Source: Amphiscolops sp. MND2022 (lineage: Eukaryota). From it: a stretch of DNA of 64,000 nucleotides. The notes beneath the pieces are model-generated. The model did no database searches, was not told the origin of the DNA, and saw nothing but the letters and a program-made list of their open reading frames with translations. The position numbers and the translations under genes were made by a program. The DNA lies in NCBI GenBank assembly GCA_964187785.1, contig OZ076409.1:66900001-66964000 (forward strand). The letters run 5' to 3'. Of the stretch, positions 38,360 to 52,540 are shown in pieces; position 1 is the first letter of the stretch; each line of letters opens with the position of its first letter.

Positions 38360-38804
38360 GTTGGAGTTTCCATCCCAAAAACAAATAAATAACCTGCCTA
38401 TACAACATTGGTGGACTTAAAAGATGGTCGGTCAACACTTTTTACCCTAGCAAAAATTGCCCCGGCTAAATTTCATAAAATGAGAAAAAATTACTATATG
38501 AAAAGTGGCAAAAAGTTTCAATTTCGACTTTTGATGAAAATTTTGTTCATTTTCGATAGTTTTTGTCGACTTGAATAATCACAAAAATCATCAACTACAC
38601 AATAAGCTCTTCAACACATTTTTTTATAGAAAAAAACTTTTTCTAAAAAGTGCCTAAATGAACGAAGGGAGCCAAAAGATATCAAAACTTTCTTATTTTG
38701 ATTTTTTTGTAGTTTTTGGCTCTAAAAGTATGTTGTCGCTAAAAAAGTTCAGGGCAAAAAAATCCCGGTGCTGAATCGGTGTTTTGTTGAATTTTTTACT
38801 CTAA

Positions 38805-39309
38805 TTTTTAGTCGGTGCCTTTTCCCTTAAGGAAAAAAGCCCGACTCTTACAGTGAGTAGTTTTTTTTTCAGTTGACAATCTCACCCTGAGTGGTCCACT
38901 TTTCTTACAATTTATTCATCTTTCATATTTGTTCATCTTCCATCTTCGACCAAGCCGGAGAACGTGGGTTCGATTTTAAAGCTTCCAAAAGTACAGGTGA
39001 GACCAAAGGGTCCCCCCTTTGGGTTTTTTTCGGCACTATGCGACTTTTATCGAAAATTTTCGAATTTTATCAAAGGGTACCCCCTTGCATTTTTTTGAAG
39101 TTTTCGGTGTGTAGAAAACGTTGAATGAGCCTGAATGACCTCTTTTTGAGCTTTTCGGCATTGTGCGACTTAAAAAATACTTTTTTCGAAAAAAAATTTC
39201 AAAAATAATTTTTTTGAAAAAATTTTTTTTCCAAAAATTTCGAATAGTTGTTCCTTGAATATTTTTGAGCCTAAGATATGGCGCCGACTTGGGACGTTCC
39301 CGTCTTGTT
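38805..39309 (+). mobile_element. Helentron/HINE-like element, copy F (both ends well preserved)
   Basis: 5' TTTTTAGTCGGTGCC..CCGACT; 3' GGCGCCGACTTGGGACGTTCCCGTCTTGTT. Confidence 0.75.
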
Positions 39310-42300
39310 ATTTTCTAAAAAAACATCATCAATAAGTTCTCATTGACTCCTTGCTTGATCTAACTTTTACTTTCTGCTCAGTTGACATTTAAGCCACGGG
39401 TCTCTAATTAATGGCTATTCACGAAAATTTTAACGATCACTATTTTTCAAGTAATTACTAATTATCAATGCTATGTCATAAAATTTCGTCATCAAATACA
39501 GTTGCGAGAATAATATTTCCATAACATTAACGTTGACCTGAGAAATCTGACATGAATTTTTTTGAAAAGTAGTTTTCATGCATTTGAGCAAAAAATAAAC
39601 AATTCATTCAAGCATTGTTTGCCTGTAGATGAATTTTCAAAGTTACGAAAAAAAATCAATCTCAATCGCGAGCGAAAAACGGCTGTTCTAATTTTGGTAG
39701 AATGAATCAATTGATTTCTTTTCTGGGATTTTTTGGTACCAAATACTGTAAACTGAAAAAGTATCCTGAAAAAAATCGGTATAGATTCCTATAAACACCA
39801 AACTAAAGAAAAGCAGAAATATTATAAGCAGCCAATGAGTATTATACAAAAACATGTAGGTTTTATATATTTTAAAAGAACTAACCACAAAAAATGTTCA
39901 AGATCAGTGACAGAGAGGGCTCCACCAAACTAGGTGCGGTGACTCTAACTTGAATAAAGGTCAATTAAAAATGTCGTTTCTGAAATTTTACTTATGACGT
40001 TTCCCCCCATAATTGTTCAAATGGGCTGAAAAAAGAGTCTCGAAAAGAATTTTTTGAAAAAATTTCAAAGGATTTTTAATCTGGCAACTTTTGATGAAGT
40101 AAAAAAAGCTGAGATTCCACTATGGATCTTTTGGAAAGTGCTAAAAATTAGTTGTTGATTATGAAAAAAATCTAACCATAATGCTGATGAAAAGATGTTC
40201 TTTGTCTTCTTGGGACAATCTCATTTTGGAGACTTCTTCAAAAATACTGTTGTCCATCTTCGAAACACCGCTCCCAGGTTGCGTAATTTTAGGTGTTGGG
40301 GTAAAATAAAGCATATAAAACCATTAATAAATCAACAGTTTTATTTTCGTTAAATTTTCACGGATGAAAAATGAGTAATTGGTTTGACGAGTAATTTTTT
40401 CTCCATTCCAGCTGAAGAATGTTATTCAATGTTGTTACTTTTCAGTTTTCAACGACAAGCAATTGGAAAAAATCTTCTGGGAGAAACAGCAAATCAGCTT
40501 TCAACCAATCAAATTGCAGATGCGGGAAAATAAGGGATGGAAAAATTAGTATACTAAATGTAACGGCACTCATGTTTAAAATTGCTCATCCAAATGAACA
40601 AAATGTGAACAGCTACTGAAATTTTAGTAACGTTGCAAAAAATAAATATAAAGAATTTTGATTTTATTTGTGCTACAAAGTAATGAGTTTGGCAAATGTT
40701 TGACATCTACCGCGAAAACTGCAGAAAATTGAACAACTGAGAAACGTTGAATCAGAAAGACGTTTAATTGTCAGTTAATGAACAAGCATAAAAAGGTTCT
40801 AGAAATCTATGCAATTATATTTTTTTTTGATAATTTACTATAATGTCAATTGAAAAACCCGAAAATTTCTCATTAAAATTTGTCACAGCTGTTGTTTAAG
40901 AAGTCATAACTTTTCATTAAACGCCATTAAAATGCAAAAATTGTGTCTTGAGATAAAAATTGGCGTAATTTGACTACGTATTGATGCGCAGAGAAAATTA
41001 CAATTGAATACATGAATAGAAAAATAGCCAAATATAACACAATAGAGAGCGTCTTTTTCACTGATACATTAATAAATCTGTCTGCTAGTTTTGAAGTCTA
41101 GAGCGTTTGTTCTGGCCGGTTGGAGATCGGCTTAAAAAACAAAAATTTGAATTTATGACATCATTCACTTCGGCCAATGTTCCAGAAACTTGAAGACATC
41201 TGCAAATAGTAGACTTGAGACATTTTAGACTTTTTGGACAATTTTTGAAGGTTTTTTAGCTAATTAGAATTGTGGGGCGACAAGCCAGTATCTTAGACGC
41301 AGTTTTTCGAACAAAACCATTGAGGCTCAAAAACCATTTGATGAAGGAAATAAGTTTTAACGTGAATATTAATAAAGATTGCTTCAAAATATTGCAATTA
41401 TGAAGTTCAGAACCCATTTAAGTGATTAGTCGATAATTTTATTTACTTTGTATGACTTGGATAGTTTTTGAGTCCTATTTCAAGTAATTAACGATACTTC
41501 ATTGACATGTTTTGATTGATTACAAGTTTGATTGGTTTCAAGAACTGTTGAAAACCGTTTCTGGTCAGTTTGAAAGAATTTTTGACTCTTACTCGAAAGC
41601 TAGAAAAGCCGCCTTTTTGTTGAAATTAGGCATTTTAGAACGCAAAGCGATAATAATTGGTATAACATTTGCATTGAACGTATTTGATCTCAAATTTAAG
41701 AATTATTTCTAAAGAAATTTCAGAAATGTGAACGTTTTATCTTTTTCCATCAAACGAATTTCAAAAAAAAACTTTTTAAAAGTGCCATTCGTCTTCCCTT
41801 TAGAAGTTCTTCAGATTGAACAAATTAGTTATACTAATTTTAGTCGAACTTTAAGTGTATCTTAACAACATATAAATATACTTTATGAACTAAAATGTTT
41901 AAAAATGCATAATGCGAAAATTTATATAAATCAGCAAAAATGAACAAGCTGAACAGACAACGAAATCCACTTAAACGAGAGGTAAGATTTGTGATTAAAA
42001 TAAGTGTTTGGCGGTTTGATCTTTTTAAGTGTGATTTTTTTAAAAAAAATAGAAAAGTTCAAGAGAACGGAAGTAATTAAAAAAGGTTATTTTTGTCGGT
42101 TAATGGATACACTTTCAAAACCATATTTTATTTAAAGTGCTGTTTGAAAAATACAATCGCTTCATTTTAGACAAGAAAAATTTTCCAAAACAGGGCCACC
42201 AAAAATAATTCAGGAAGCGCCTTTTTGTTTCATCGGAATCTTGAGACAAGTCATAAAGGTGAGCAATGACATTTTTATCAATTTGTTTTTGTACGTTCCA

Positions 42301-45300
42301 ATGAGCTCAACGCTTCAATGGAGAAATTGAAAAATTATGCCGCGTTAAATTTTGGGAGACGTTTTTTTATGGTGATGTAGATTTGAGGGCGGTAATTATG
42401 CATTCAGGGGAAAATAATAAAAGACGGCTAATTTCAGATGCCAGTCCTGTTAATTAAATTTTACAACGCATTAGTTTCCAAAAAATTTGAATCCGATTTT
42501 TTTGGAAACTGGTGTATGCAATAATTTTCTTGCGATTTGTTGTGAGAAAGAAATTACTGAACCTTTTTGCAATTGCCGTTAAATCAATTTTCTAAAATTT
42601 CCTTTCTCCAATTTCGAGGCAAGTAATTTCAAAGTATTTTTTTGCCAAATATGAAAATTCAAAGGTTGATGAAATTTTTTGAATGTCTATTTTAACTCTA
42701 TAAAATCGACTGAATGAACAAAGTAAGTTATATTCAAGTTATAACTGACACAAACGGATGAATGGGTGATTTTAGCCATGAAGTTCCCCTCCGAAATCTT
42801 TTGAAGTCTGATTATCAAAATTGAGGCACAATTTTTGCAATGTTATCACATTTCACTGTCTACTTAGCGAAGGAGAAGATATCCCCGGTCGTAAAGTTCT
42901 TCTACAAAGTAATAAAAAGTACAAAGTCACAGCTGAAGTGAACTTAGAGAAGCCAGAAAAGGTTCATTCACTCTTATTTTTTGTTTTCCAATTTATTCAG
43001 CTCTGAGCCAGAGCTGAAGGAAACAATAACGTCTGCGCCAGAGAAATCCATTGCTTGATTGCGACTATTATTGCGACACCTATGTCCCCTGCTACATTTG
43101 TTCACACGCGTTTTGCAACTTTTCCGCGCCAGCAATACTTGAACGGGAGCCAGTGTTGAGGAAAGTATGGAAAACGAGCGGGAACCGGGAATAGAACAAA
43201 GAGGCGTGGTCAAGTTCGTGGGGGTGTAGGGAATAAGATGAAAGAAAATATTATAACTCATAACTCACAGAAGTTGTAAGAGTTTATTGGCATGTATTCA
43301 GGGAAGTGTTCAATGAAGGAGTAAGTTATGGGATAGAGACGCAGGAATGACACGGAAGGGCGGGAAAAGTGTGCCTCCTTCTGAAAAAAAAAACACGAAA
43401 TGACATTTGTTGACGGTGTTCACTACAGGGCATCACTCGCTAGACCCCGCCCCACATAAACAACATCAGTGTCTTTAATTCATTCCAATATACTCACCTT
43501 TTCTGTATCCCCTTCTGACCTCTAATTAGCCACCTTTCTTTGATGGGGCACTCAGCAAGCCGTCATTGCAACCGACCTAACACACCTTCAGGTGTTTCTA
43601 CATGCAATTCATCCCCTACGATGACGACATTCGACGTCATGCCACGTCATCAGGTACTTGACGTAATTCAGATCAATATATTGCATAACATCCTGTTCAC
43701 GCCCGCTTTTTGTGAGTTAAATTACGTAATGTCAAGTTCAAAGACATCAATCAAGACTCGTTTATTCAAGTTGCACATCGATTTGCGTTTTGGTGAAAAA
43801 ATTGTGAGAGCAAAATTTGGCATAATTTCAAAATAAGCGAGGTCAATTAAAGATTCACGGCTGAAATTTTCTTTTGATCACCCCAAGCATTTCGAGTTGA
43901 TAGTAGCTCTACTTCTTAATGACCCAATTTCAGCCCTTAATCGATTCAAATTTTCCAACCAAAGAGCTTTCAAGTGACAAAATCAAAAGCTTGAAATGTT
44001 GGGCTTCCTTTCAAGAAACTAAATTGACGTTTCATACGAAACAGGCTCATTTGTCACAAAAAATAAAGACTTTCTATACATCATTCATCTTTAAGTTTCG
44101 GTTTTACGTCAAGCTCTCAAAATGGCCGTCGCTAACCCTAGAAATAAAAAATTCAGCCAAGGAAGACTCCGTGAAAACATTTTTGCAGGCTTGAACAGTT
44201 TTCAAGATCGCGAAGTAATTAACCAAAAAGCAAGATTGAAGTAAAAGGTTTTCACTTGAGTAGGTCAAAAATGCTACTTCATTTGACCAAAAAGACAAGC
44301 AAAAAACTGTCAATAATTGAGTTGAACATTTTTTTGTAAGACGTTCGTTCACACCCTATTTGTTGAGATCCTATCTTTATAATGAAAAAGTGCACTTTGT
44401 GAAAAAATTCCCACCACGCAGCCTTGAAAACGAAAATTTGTTTTAAAAATGATGACATTACAGTCTTTAAAAGTGAAAAATTGACTGAAATTAGTTAAAA
44501 TCGGGTTTAACTTGGGAATACGTAGCGACGTGTTTTTTGCTGACTTAGCATCTATGTGTTGAAGGAACAACAGTTGTTCTTAAAAACTTGGATTTTAATA
44601 CGCACGGTTGCTATTTAATTTTAGTCTTTAAAATAAAAAATGGAAAATGAAACGAAGAAAACGGGTTATACAATTTGCCAAATTCGTCTATTTATAATTT
44701 AGTAATTCAGATTACCTTCTTTTTTTCAAGGTTTTTGCATTTTTGCATTTTTCTTTCAAAATGGCAATCGATTTTTCTCGTAAAACGCAACACCCATTCT
44801 GACTGTTATAGCACTGATTGCAATTCTTGATCAATTGCTTTAAAAATAAGAACTGGGGGATTAAAAGGTATGATGAAAGCTTATAAACTCCCATAGCTGA
44901 TGTTAAAGAGGACATATAACGTAATTTGCGATGGTTTTCTAAATCTTGGCGAAACTTTTATTTCTTCCTTTTTGTGGAGCCTTTGAAGGTTGTGAGTTTG
45001 AAGAAAGATTAGTTCTTTGAAGGTTATTCTACAGTTGGCATTTTGCTCACAAGTGCAACTGTCATTGAATGCGTAATCTCTTTTCACTTTTTTCCCTAAA
45101 ATCGATTCGTATAAAATGCGTTTAGAGCGGTGACTCAACAAGATAGAAAAAAAGGAGAAGAGAGATTCTGCTAACTTTGAAGTTGTGGAGAGATATTAAA
45201 AGAGGAAATGGTATTTCACTCTCCGATTCAGCGATAGGACAGGTATGTTGAAACAGTGGATCGATGGAAGCGTAGACGCGTCATAATGTTCATCTATAAG

Positions 45301-46032
45301 GATGTATCAAATCATGCATGCAAAAGCTATGATACCAAATCTTTTAGCCGACTATACGTGCAACATCTGACAAAAAGTTTACACTTCAAGAATTATGATT
45401 ATGCACCAACGAGGAAAAGTTGTTTGATGGGGAATAAGGAAAAATATGTTAATTTCTTTTTTCCTATTATTATCAAAATTAACTTTTTCCATTGGCAGTT
45501 CAAAGCTGAATTGGTACATTTCGAAGAGCCAAAGACCGAATTTTGACTTGGTTATTGGACAAAACTATTTATGAGACGAATTGAGTTTATTGACCATGGA
45601 TTGAAAGATTTCATGATTTTATATACAGATTAGGCCGGATCTTATCAAATTATCGCCCTTCTACTAACACTACAATAGTGATTCAAACAAAACTAAAGCC
45701 AACTTTTATGTCTAATATTCGAACAATTTTTCGTTGGTTTTTGAGTAATTGATGAATATTTGCTTTTGCTCGAAACTGCTTAGACATTTCTCTACAATAA
45801 TTGAAGAAATTTTTTTTGCTAACAATATTGTGTGATCATGAAATAAATTGAAAGGGTCCATTGTTTCCAAAAGCAAAGTACGGTTTAATCTTCTAGGGTA
45901 CGGAGAATTTAACGCAAAAATGATTGACAAAACTATTCAACACAGAAAATTCAGTAAAGTGTCAAATACAGAGAGAGTCAACACATGAAAATTCAGCAAA
46001 GAAAACTCGACACACGTTCGCTTTTCATATTT

Positions 46033-46481
46033 ACTGGGCTTCACACGTGAAAAAAAACTCAGTATACTTTCTTCAATAAACGAATTCATGTCCTCATATA
46101 TATACCTTACACGGAACCACGGCACTGAAACAAAGCTGGTGGTGCAAAGAATTTTCAAAAGCCCTGCAGCTATTCAAACAAACGAAAGTTTAGTTTTAAA
46201 AACTCGGGCCGTTGGTAACCGTCGTAGCAACAACGATAAAGCAATGTCGTATGTAGCGGTACATACGCAATTGCTTTATCGTTGTTGCTTCTGCGGTTAC
46301 CAACGGCCTGAGTTTTTAAAACTAAACTTCCGTTTGTTTGAATTATTGTTGGGCTTTCAAAAAATTCTTTGCACCACCAGCTTTGTTCCAGTGCCGTGGT
46401 TCCGGGTAAGGTATATATATGAAGACATGAATTCGTTTATTGAAGTAAGTATACTGAGTTTTTTCACGCGTGAAGCCCAGT
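46033..46481. repeat. ~450-bp long imperfect palindrome (foldback element)
   Basis: Arms ACTGGGCTTCAC.CGTG... / ...CACG.GTGAAGCCCAGT pair inward to CGTATGTA-gcgg-TACATACG (4-nt loop at 46256-46259). Confidence 0.95.
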
Positions 46482-49400
46482 GCACAAAAACTTTTTGGAC
46501 CTTCCTATCGGGAGTACAATGTTTTTCTCTAGAATAAACCTACTAAGTACTGGAATATGCTTGGTCAAGAATTATTACAGCGATTAATTGTTCGACAGTG
46601 CCTGTTCTTATGTGAACGACTACGCACAAGAGACTCCGAAAGAAGACCTGGGTCAAACAATGCCGAGCTTCCATTGCGATTGCTCGATAACACATTCTAA
46701 AATGCCCCAACCAGATCAGATGAATAAAACTCTGATGTATATTTTCAATATATAACTGAAAGTTTCCACCACATATAAATTAGGTTCGTAACGTTTTTAT
46801 TCGTAGAGGTTTTGAAACCTTTTTGAAAGCAAGTTTCGTAGTGTATCGGCTACGATCGAGTTTTAAAAAAATTAATTGCTGTAATAATTCTTGGCCAGAC
46901 ATATTCCAGTACTTAGTAGGTTTATTGCAGAGAAAAACATTGTACCCCGGATTGGAAGGTCCAACAAGATTTTGTGCCTGTGTACGCAGCTTCAAGGCTA
47001 ACATTTTTTTGTTTAAGAGGCCTAAACATTTGAGACCCTAATATTTGGATGTGAAAATTCTTTGTGAATTTTTGATCGGATTTTGCAAGCGGAGACTATC
47101 AAAACAAACACTTCATCAGGGAGTAGAAAGATTTTTCAAATTTCATTTTTTAAAATACAGATTTCAGAAACTATTTCACAGCTTTACCATTTAGTTAAAA
47201 ACAGTTATTGCAAATGGTGGTATTGATTCCCGATTTCCTTCAATATAATTTTTTCTGCTGTGTTCCCAGTTTTTGTTGGAATTATTGATTCCTAAAAACA
47301 CATTTGTCCTACCCAACCATTTTAATGTATATTGTAAAATCTCCAAATGACCACTTCTATTCAAATTCTTTTCAAAAGTGAGATTATATAGTTTCTAGAT
47401 TGCGCTGGTAAAAATTGGAAGAAAGGTGGGTACCATAGAATAAGGAGTGACTCCGTAGCGAAAGACCGGCTCAAATTATTGGCCAGAGGCTTTAGTGAGG
47501 GGGGATTGGTAGACGTTCTAAGAATTCTGTGGAGAAATCTTTGAAGTGATGAATAATTAAATTAGGAGAGAAACAATTGCACCCATCAACGAATGAAAAC
47601 AAACACATTCTGTCGAAATGAGCAACCAAAAATTAGACGAGAAAGAAGGCGTAATCAGAATCGAAGTTCGACATTGATTTTTGTCGGCAAAAAGTTCTAC
47701 TATTGTCAAGAAATGGCGGTTGAAATTTGAAAATACGAAGAGGAGCACGCTAGTCTGAAACTGTCGTTTTTACAAAAAATACGAGGCAGTAAGGAAAATG
47801 ACAGAAAAATTCACTATTCAAAATCTAAAATTTGACATTTTCAACACTTTTCATCATGATTATTAATATCATCAATTATTTTTTAAACATTTTTTTTCAT
47901 AATAATGAGGTTATACTTGAGCCTAATGGGGTACAATAGTATTGAAAATGATGAAAAACACGATTTTTCAGTCTGAAGACTCATTGTATGAAAACTTAAC
48001 TGCTGAAATGACAATTATTGATCATCGCAAGTGCCCGCAAGGGGGCGCCTCGGCACTTGTCACTCAGCAAATAAATTTCCTTTTTCACTTTCATCTTTCC
48101 CGCTTCTAGATTTTCCCTGCGTTTTTCACATTTTTCCCGCTCACAATCTTTTAGCGCTATCCTCATTTCTGTTTTTCAATCCTAATGTGAATTTTAAATA
48201 TGTTTCGTTGCGTGACCGAAAATTGCGCCTTTGAAGTTTGGTTAGAAAAGAAACGAAATGAAGAAAAATGCATTTCATGCTAATGAAGATCAGCTAAAAG
48301 AGTTGGTCTTTTCAAGCCCAAAGTGCCAATCAACACAAGTGCTCGCGTAGAGCGTTGTCGTAGGTCCTTTCCTTTGCCTGTTATTCAAAAACAGCTTATA
48401 CCAGTCCCAACATTTCATCAACAAAATGGTTAATCAAAAACAAGACACTAAAATTCGCGGAACCCCCTCACCAAAAAAGCGACACCAGACGCGACTGACT
48501 GAATTATATTGTCTGTAATAGTTTTTTTTCAAGCGCTTTAGTTTGGTTTATGTTCTTTAAAAAAGGTACCGCTCGTCCTTGAAAAGATTCAGATCTAGCC
48601 TCAGTAATTAGCACCTGTTGGGTTTGAAAACAGAACCTTATTTTTCTTGGAGCCATTCAGCTTTTCGCAGTAATTATACAGCGCCTTATTGAAAAGACAA
48701 AGGTAGACGTTTTTGGCAGGTAGGAACCTATTCGTCGGCTGCTTTTTTTGCTTTGAAGTCTTTATTTGACAGGAGACTAAAGATGCCGTACAATGCGTTG
48801 TTTCCATGTGTCATTTTAAAAAATCAGTCGATAAGGTCGATTGCGCAACAGGGGAAATGCAGTACATTAAAAAAAAACATTTCCTTACGACGTCCCTCAA
48901 AATCAGTTCCTCTACGTTGATGTGGAAGTTCATCTCAACTTGACCTAATATTGAAAAGGGATCGAAGTTAGAAATTGACAAGTTGAGTTTTTTGATCGTC
49001 GAGTTGAGTTCGACTAGAGGCATTAGAAATGAAATTTTTCAAATCAATAAAAATATGAGAAAAACTTGTTCAGCAATTCGAAGCAAGCAAGCCTGATGAA
49101 AAAATCACCACCAAAATTTTTAAAACTAATTTTCCTTAAAAACTTAAGAGTAGCCTAATTAAAAGTAAATCCTTTTTCATAACGGGAAGTTAACGTCTAT
49201 TGGAATAGTTTTTTGCTTGAACCAAACATTGTTCACACATTTTGACTATGATTCTGTTCGTATTAAGTGTTTATTGATGACTCAAAACAGAAAGCGTTGG
49301 TTTCTTCATCAAAAACGTGTGACTACTTAGGGAAAAAGTGTGAACAAAGTTTGTATCTGGATCCTGACATGTGACCGAGAATAAATTTAAAATTGAAGCT

Positions 49401-49879
49401 TTCTGATTTGTATTCAAGTCTTTTTGTTATAAGATTTTCCTTAATTTTCCGAAAAAAAATTAGTGGTGCTGGGGTTTAGAAACAGAAAAGAGCCAATAAC
49501 GCGAATCATTGTCAGCCGATTTGGAGCTCAATAATTTGCATTCAGTTTTCGTACGAAAATCTCACACTTCGCAATGAATGAGTCACTACTTTTTTTCTAT
49601 CATGCCTCTGATTGTTCAAGCAACAATATTGCTGAAAAAAAGCGAAATTGAGAATTATTAATCGTCTGAGCTGTAGGGAAGCTTGAAGGGTAAAAAAGTG
49701 AATTCATCTTATGCACCACTTGTTATTTTCCGTCCAGAATTAAATTTATATCCTAGCTAAAGGGTTTCACCCATAGAATTCAACTGATGTAAAATTAGTA
49801 TCATGTGGTATGTATTTGTCGAGATTTTAGGACTTTTCTGGTTGACCCCAAAGACCGCAGAATGACCGAAAAATGACCC

Positions 49880-51300
49880 CAAAAATAGTAAAAACTGCGA
49901 AAGTTTCCAATTTTATGCAATTTTTGTCAAATTATCGATATATTTCCGGGGCTTTGAATGTTGAAAACAATCCAAAGAGAAAAAAATTGTTATCCACGAG
50001 GCTTTTTCGAAGAAACAAATGCAATTTTTAATGAAAAAATGCCTCAAATTCAGACCCAAAATGACAAAAATACTCGAAAATTCAGAAATTTGAAAATTTT
50101 ATGCAATTTATGTCTAATTTTCGAAGAACTTGGTAGCTTAGATTGTCAAAGACGTTAAACAAGGAAAAGATTCATTGTCCAGGAGGCTTCCTTGAAGAGA
50201 TGAAAGCGAGTGGTGTTGAAAAAATGCATCAATTTCGTACCGAAATTGACAAAGTACTTGAAAAATCAGATTTTTGAAATTTTATGCAATTTTTGAGTAC
50301 TTTTCGGAAGACTTGGTGACTTAGAATGTTGAAGACGTTCAAAAAGGAACAAATTAAATGTCGTGGAGGCTTCTTTGAAGAGATAAAAGCTATTGGTGTT
50401 GAAAAAATGCATCAAATTCAGACGGAAGTGGACAAAAAAAAACAAAAAAATCAAATTTTTGAAAATTTTTGCAAATTTTGTGTAATTTTGAAAAGACTTA
50501 GTGGCTTCGAATTTCAAAGACGTTCAACAAGGAACAAATTGAATGTCAGGAAGGCTTTTTTAGGAAAAAAACGAAGTTTTGTAATGAAAAAAAAACGCCC
50601 AATTTGCGACCCAAAATGACAAAGCTTCAAAATGTACCGATTTTTCACGTTTTCTTTCAACTTTTGTCAAATTTCTGAAAAATTCATGGATCGGAACGTT
50701 AAATAATTTCATTTACGAATGGTTTCGTTGTCCGATAGGGTTGTTTGCGGAGATAAATGCAGTTTTGTAAAAAAAAGAATTGCCACAAGGATTCCAAAAT
50801 AGTTTAAAAAATCTTACATTTTTTACATTTTTATATTTTACAAGGCAATTTTTGTAAAATTTTCAACTTTTTCATGGATTAGAACTCTGAAACAATTCAA
50901 CAACAACTGAAAGCGTTGTCCGGTGGGCTTTTTGATGGGATAAGTGGGAGTTTCTCATGAAAAAACATGCTTTATTTTGACTCAAAAATTGTCGAAAACT
51001 CCAAAAATTTCCAATTTATGTAGGTTCTTCATGTTATTTGAGTACAATTGTCAAGAATTCGTTGAGTTAAATGGTTCAAAACAATCAAAGGCGATAGAAT
51101 CAGGTATGTAGTTTCCCTTCTTGATGAAAAAATTACAGTGCTTGACATCAGAAATACTTCAAATTTGTAGTTTTTCCTGCAGTTTGTGTTCAAATTTTGA
51201 AAGTTTTCGTGACTAGGAAAGCTCAAAACAGTCGAAAACGAAATAGCTAGCTATGCAGTATGTAATTTGGAGGAAGTTGCAGTATTTTGCTTCAAAAGTA
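49880..51300. repeat. Degenerate tandem array, unit ~185 bp
   Basis: Anchor TTTTATGCAATT at 49911, 50097, 50280 and degenerate at ~50466; shared GAGGCTT...GAAGA.A and GAAAAAATGC motifs; decays to the right, so the end is approximate. Confidence 0.75.
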
Positions 51301-52193
51301 CTTCAAAAGTGACACTGCTGAGTCGGGAATAATGTCTAAATTCAACGTTTCTTTTGCAAAATTCTGAATTTTTGAGAAGTTTCCGTCGTTGGAAGAAAGA
51401 AAACCCTCAACAGCGAACAAATGCGTTTTTCAGTAGATTTTTTGAAGGTGAATTGCAGTTTCACGTTAGAAAAGAGCCTCAAAATGACCCCAAAATTGTC
51501 GGAAAAAAATTTTGGCAGCTGTTCGACAAATTAGTGAATTTCTATTGAAAGTTACCAAAACTTCCTAATAGTCCAGAGGTCTAACCTTTTGGAGTAGGTA
51601 TGCAGAAGTTTTAAAAAAGAATTCTACAATTGTGTATGCAAAAAGTTCGTCAGAACGACTTGAAATTTAGTGAACATCAATTTTCTGTTTTTGAAATGTT
51701 GACATACTTTTTTGTAAACGTTTCGAGCAAATTTGTTTTTCAAGAACGACCGCACCCGTTATCCAATAGGCCTTTTCAAAAAGACATCTACAGTTCCTCA
51801 TAAAAGTTCCTGAAATGGCCGCAAAAATGTCGAAAAAGCGCAAAACTGTAGAAATTTTAACATTTTTGGCGACTTCGCGCAAATTTAAAGGAAACTCAGT
51901 TAGTTAGGTTTTGGAATACACACAATCTGACGAAAAATCAAAAAGGTGTTTGGTGTCTTCTCGAAGTGTTCCCTTCTGAAATGGCACGACATTATTCAAA
52001 AAGTGTCAAACCTTTTTTCATCAAACCTCTATGCGTTTTCATAGTGCAATGGCTACTCTTGAGCCTCAAAAATATGTCATTGCTAGAACAGTTGGGACGG
52101 AAAATATCCTGCTGGTCAGCGGGCGTCTAGTTTTAAAAGTTTTCTCAAATTCTCTTCGAGACACACGAGGGAATCAAATACAGTAGCGTTTCA

Positions 52194-52540
52194 AACAAAC
52201 CGGGAACGACATGAGACGGTGCCACGCGTAAAGCTCAAAAAGTGCAAAAGTAGTTCAAAGCGTCAAGAAGTTTTTTGGCAAAAATTTCAATCACCTTGAG
52301 CAAAAAAAACTTGAATGGGTTTTTTTAAACATAAAAACATTAAAAAATTAAAAGTGAAAACCTTTTTGTGAAATACAATATTTCCGAAAAGAGTCGCACA
52401 GTGCCAATAAATCCAATGGGGAACCCTTTGGGTGTAAAAAGGCTTTTTTATAACTAAACGTATCGAAAAACAAACCTTTTAGGAAAATTCACATCTCGAA
52501 AAATTTCGCACAGTATCGATAAACCTTCATTTTTTCAATG
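52194..52540 (-). mobile_element. Helentron/HINE-like element, diverged copy G
   Basis: AACAAACCGGGAACG..GGTGCC..AAAGCTCAAAA end plus internal GTCGCACAGTGCC..GGGAACCCTTTG unit. Confidence 0.5.

Noticed and set aside
42821..43066. Plus-strand exon pair (..EKPEK / SEPELKETITSAPEKSIA*)
   Set aside because: It needs a ~39-nt intron with a weak donor, has no upstream exons and no homology.
45937..46537. 149-aa and 73-aa ORFs sharing an identical peptide
   Set aside because: Artefact of translating both arms of the palindrome.
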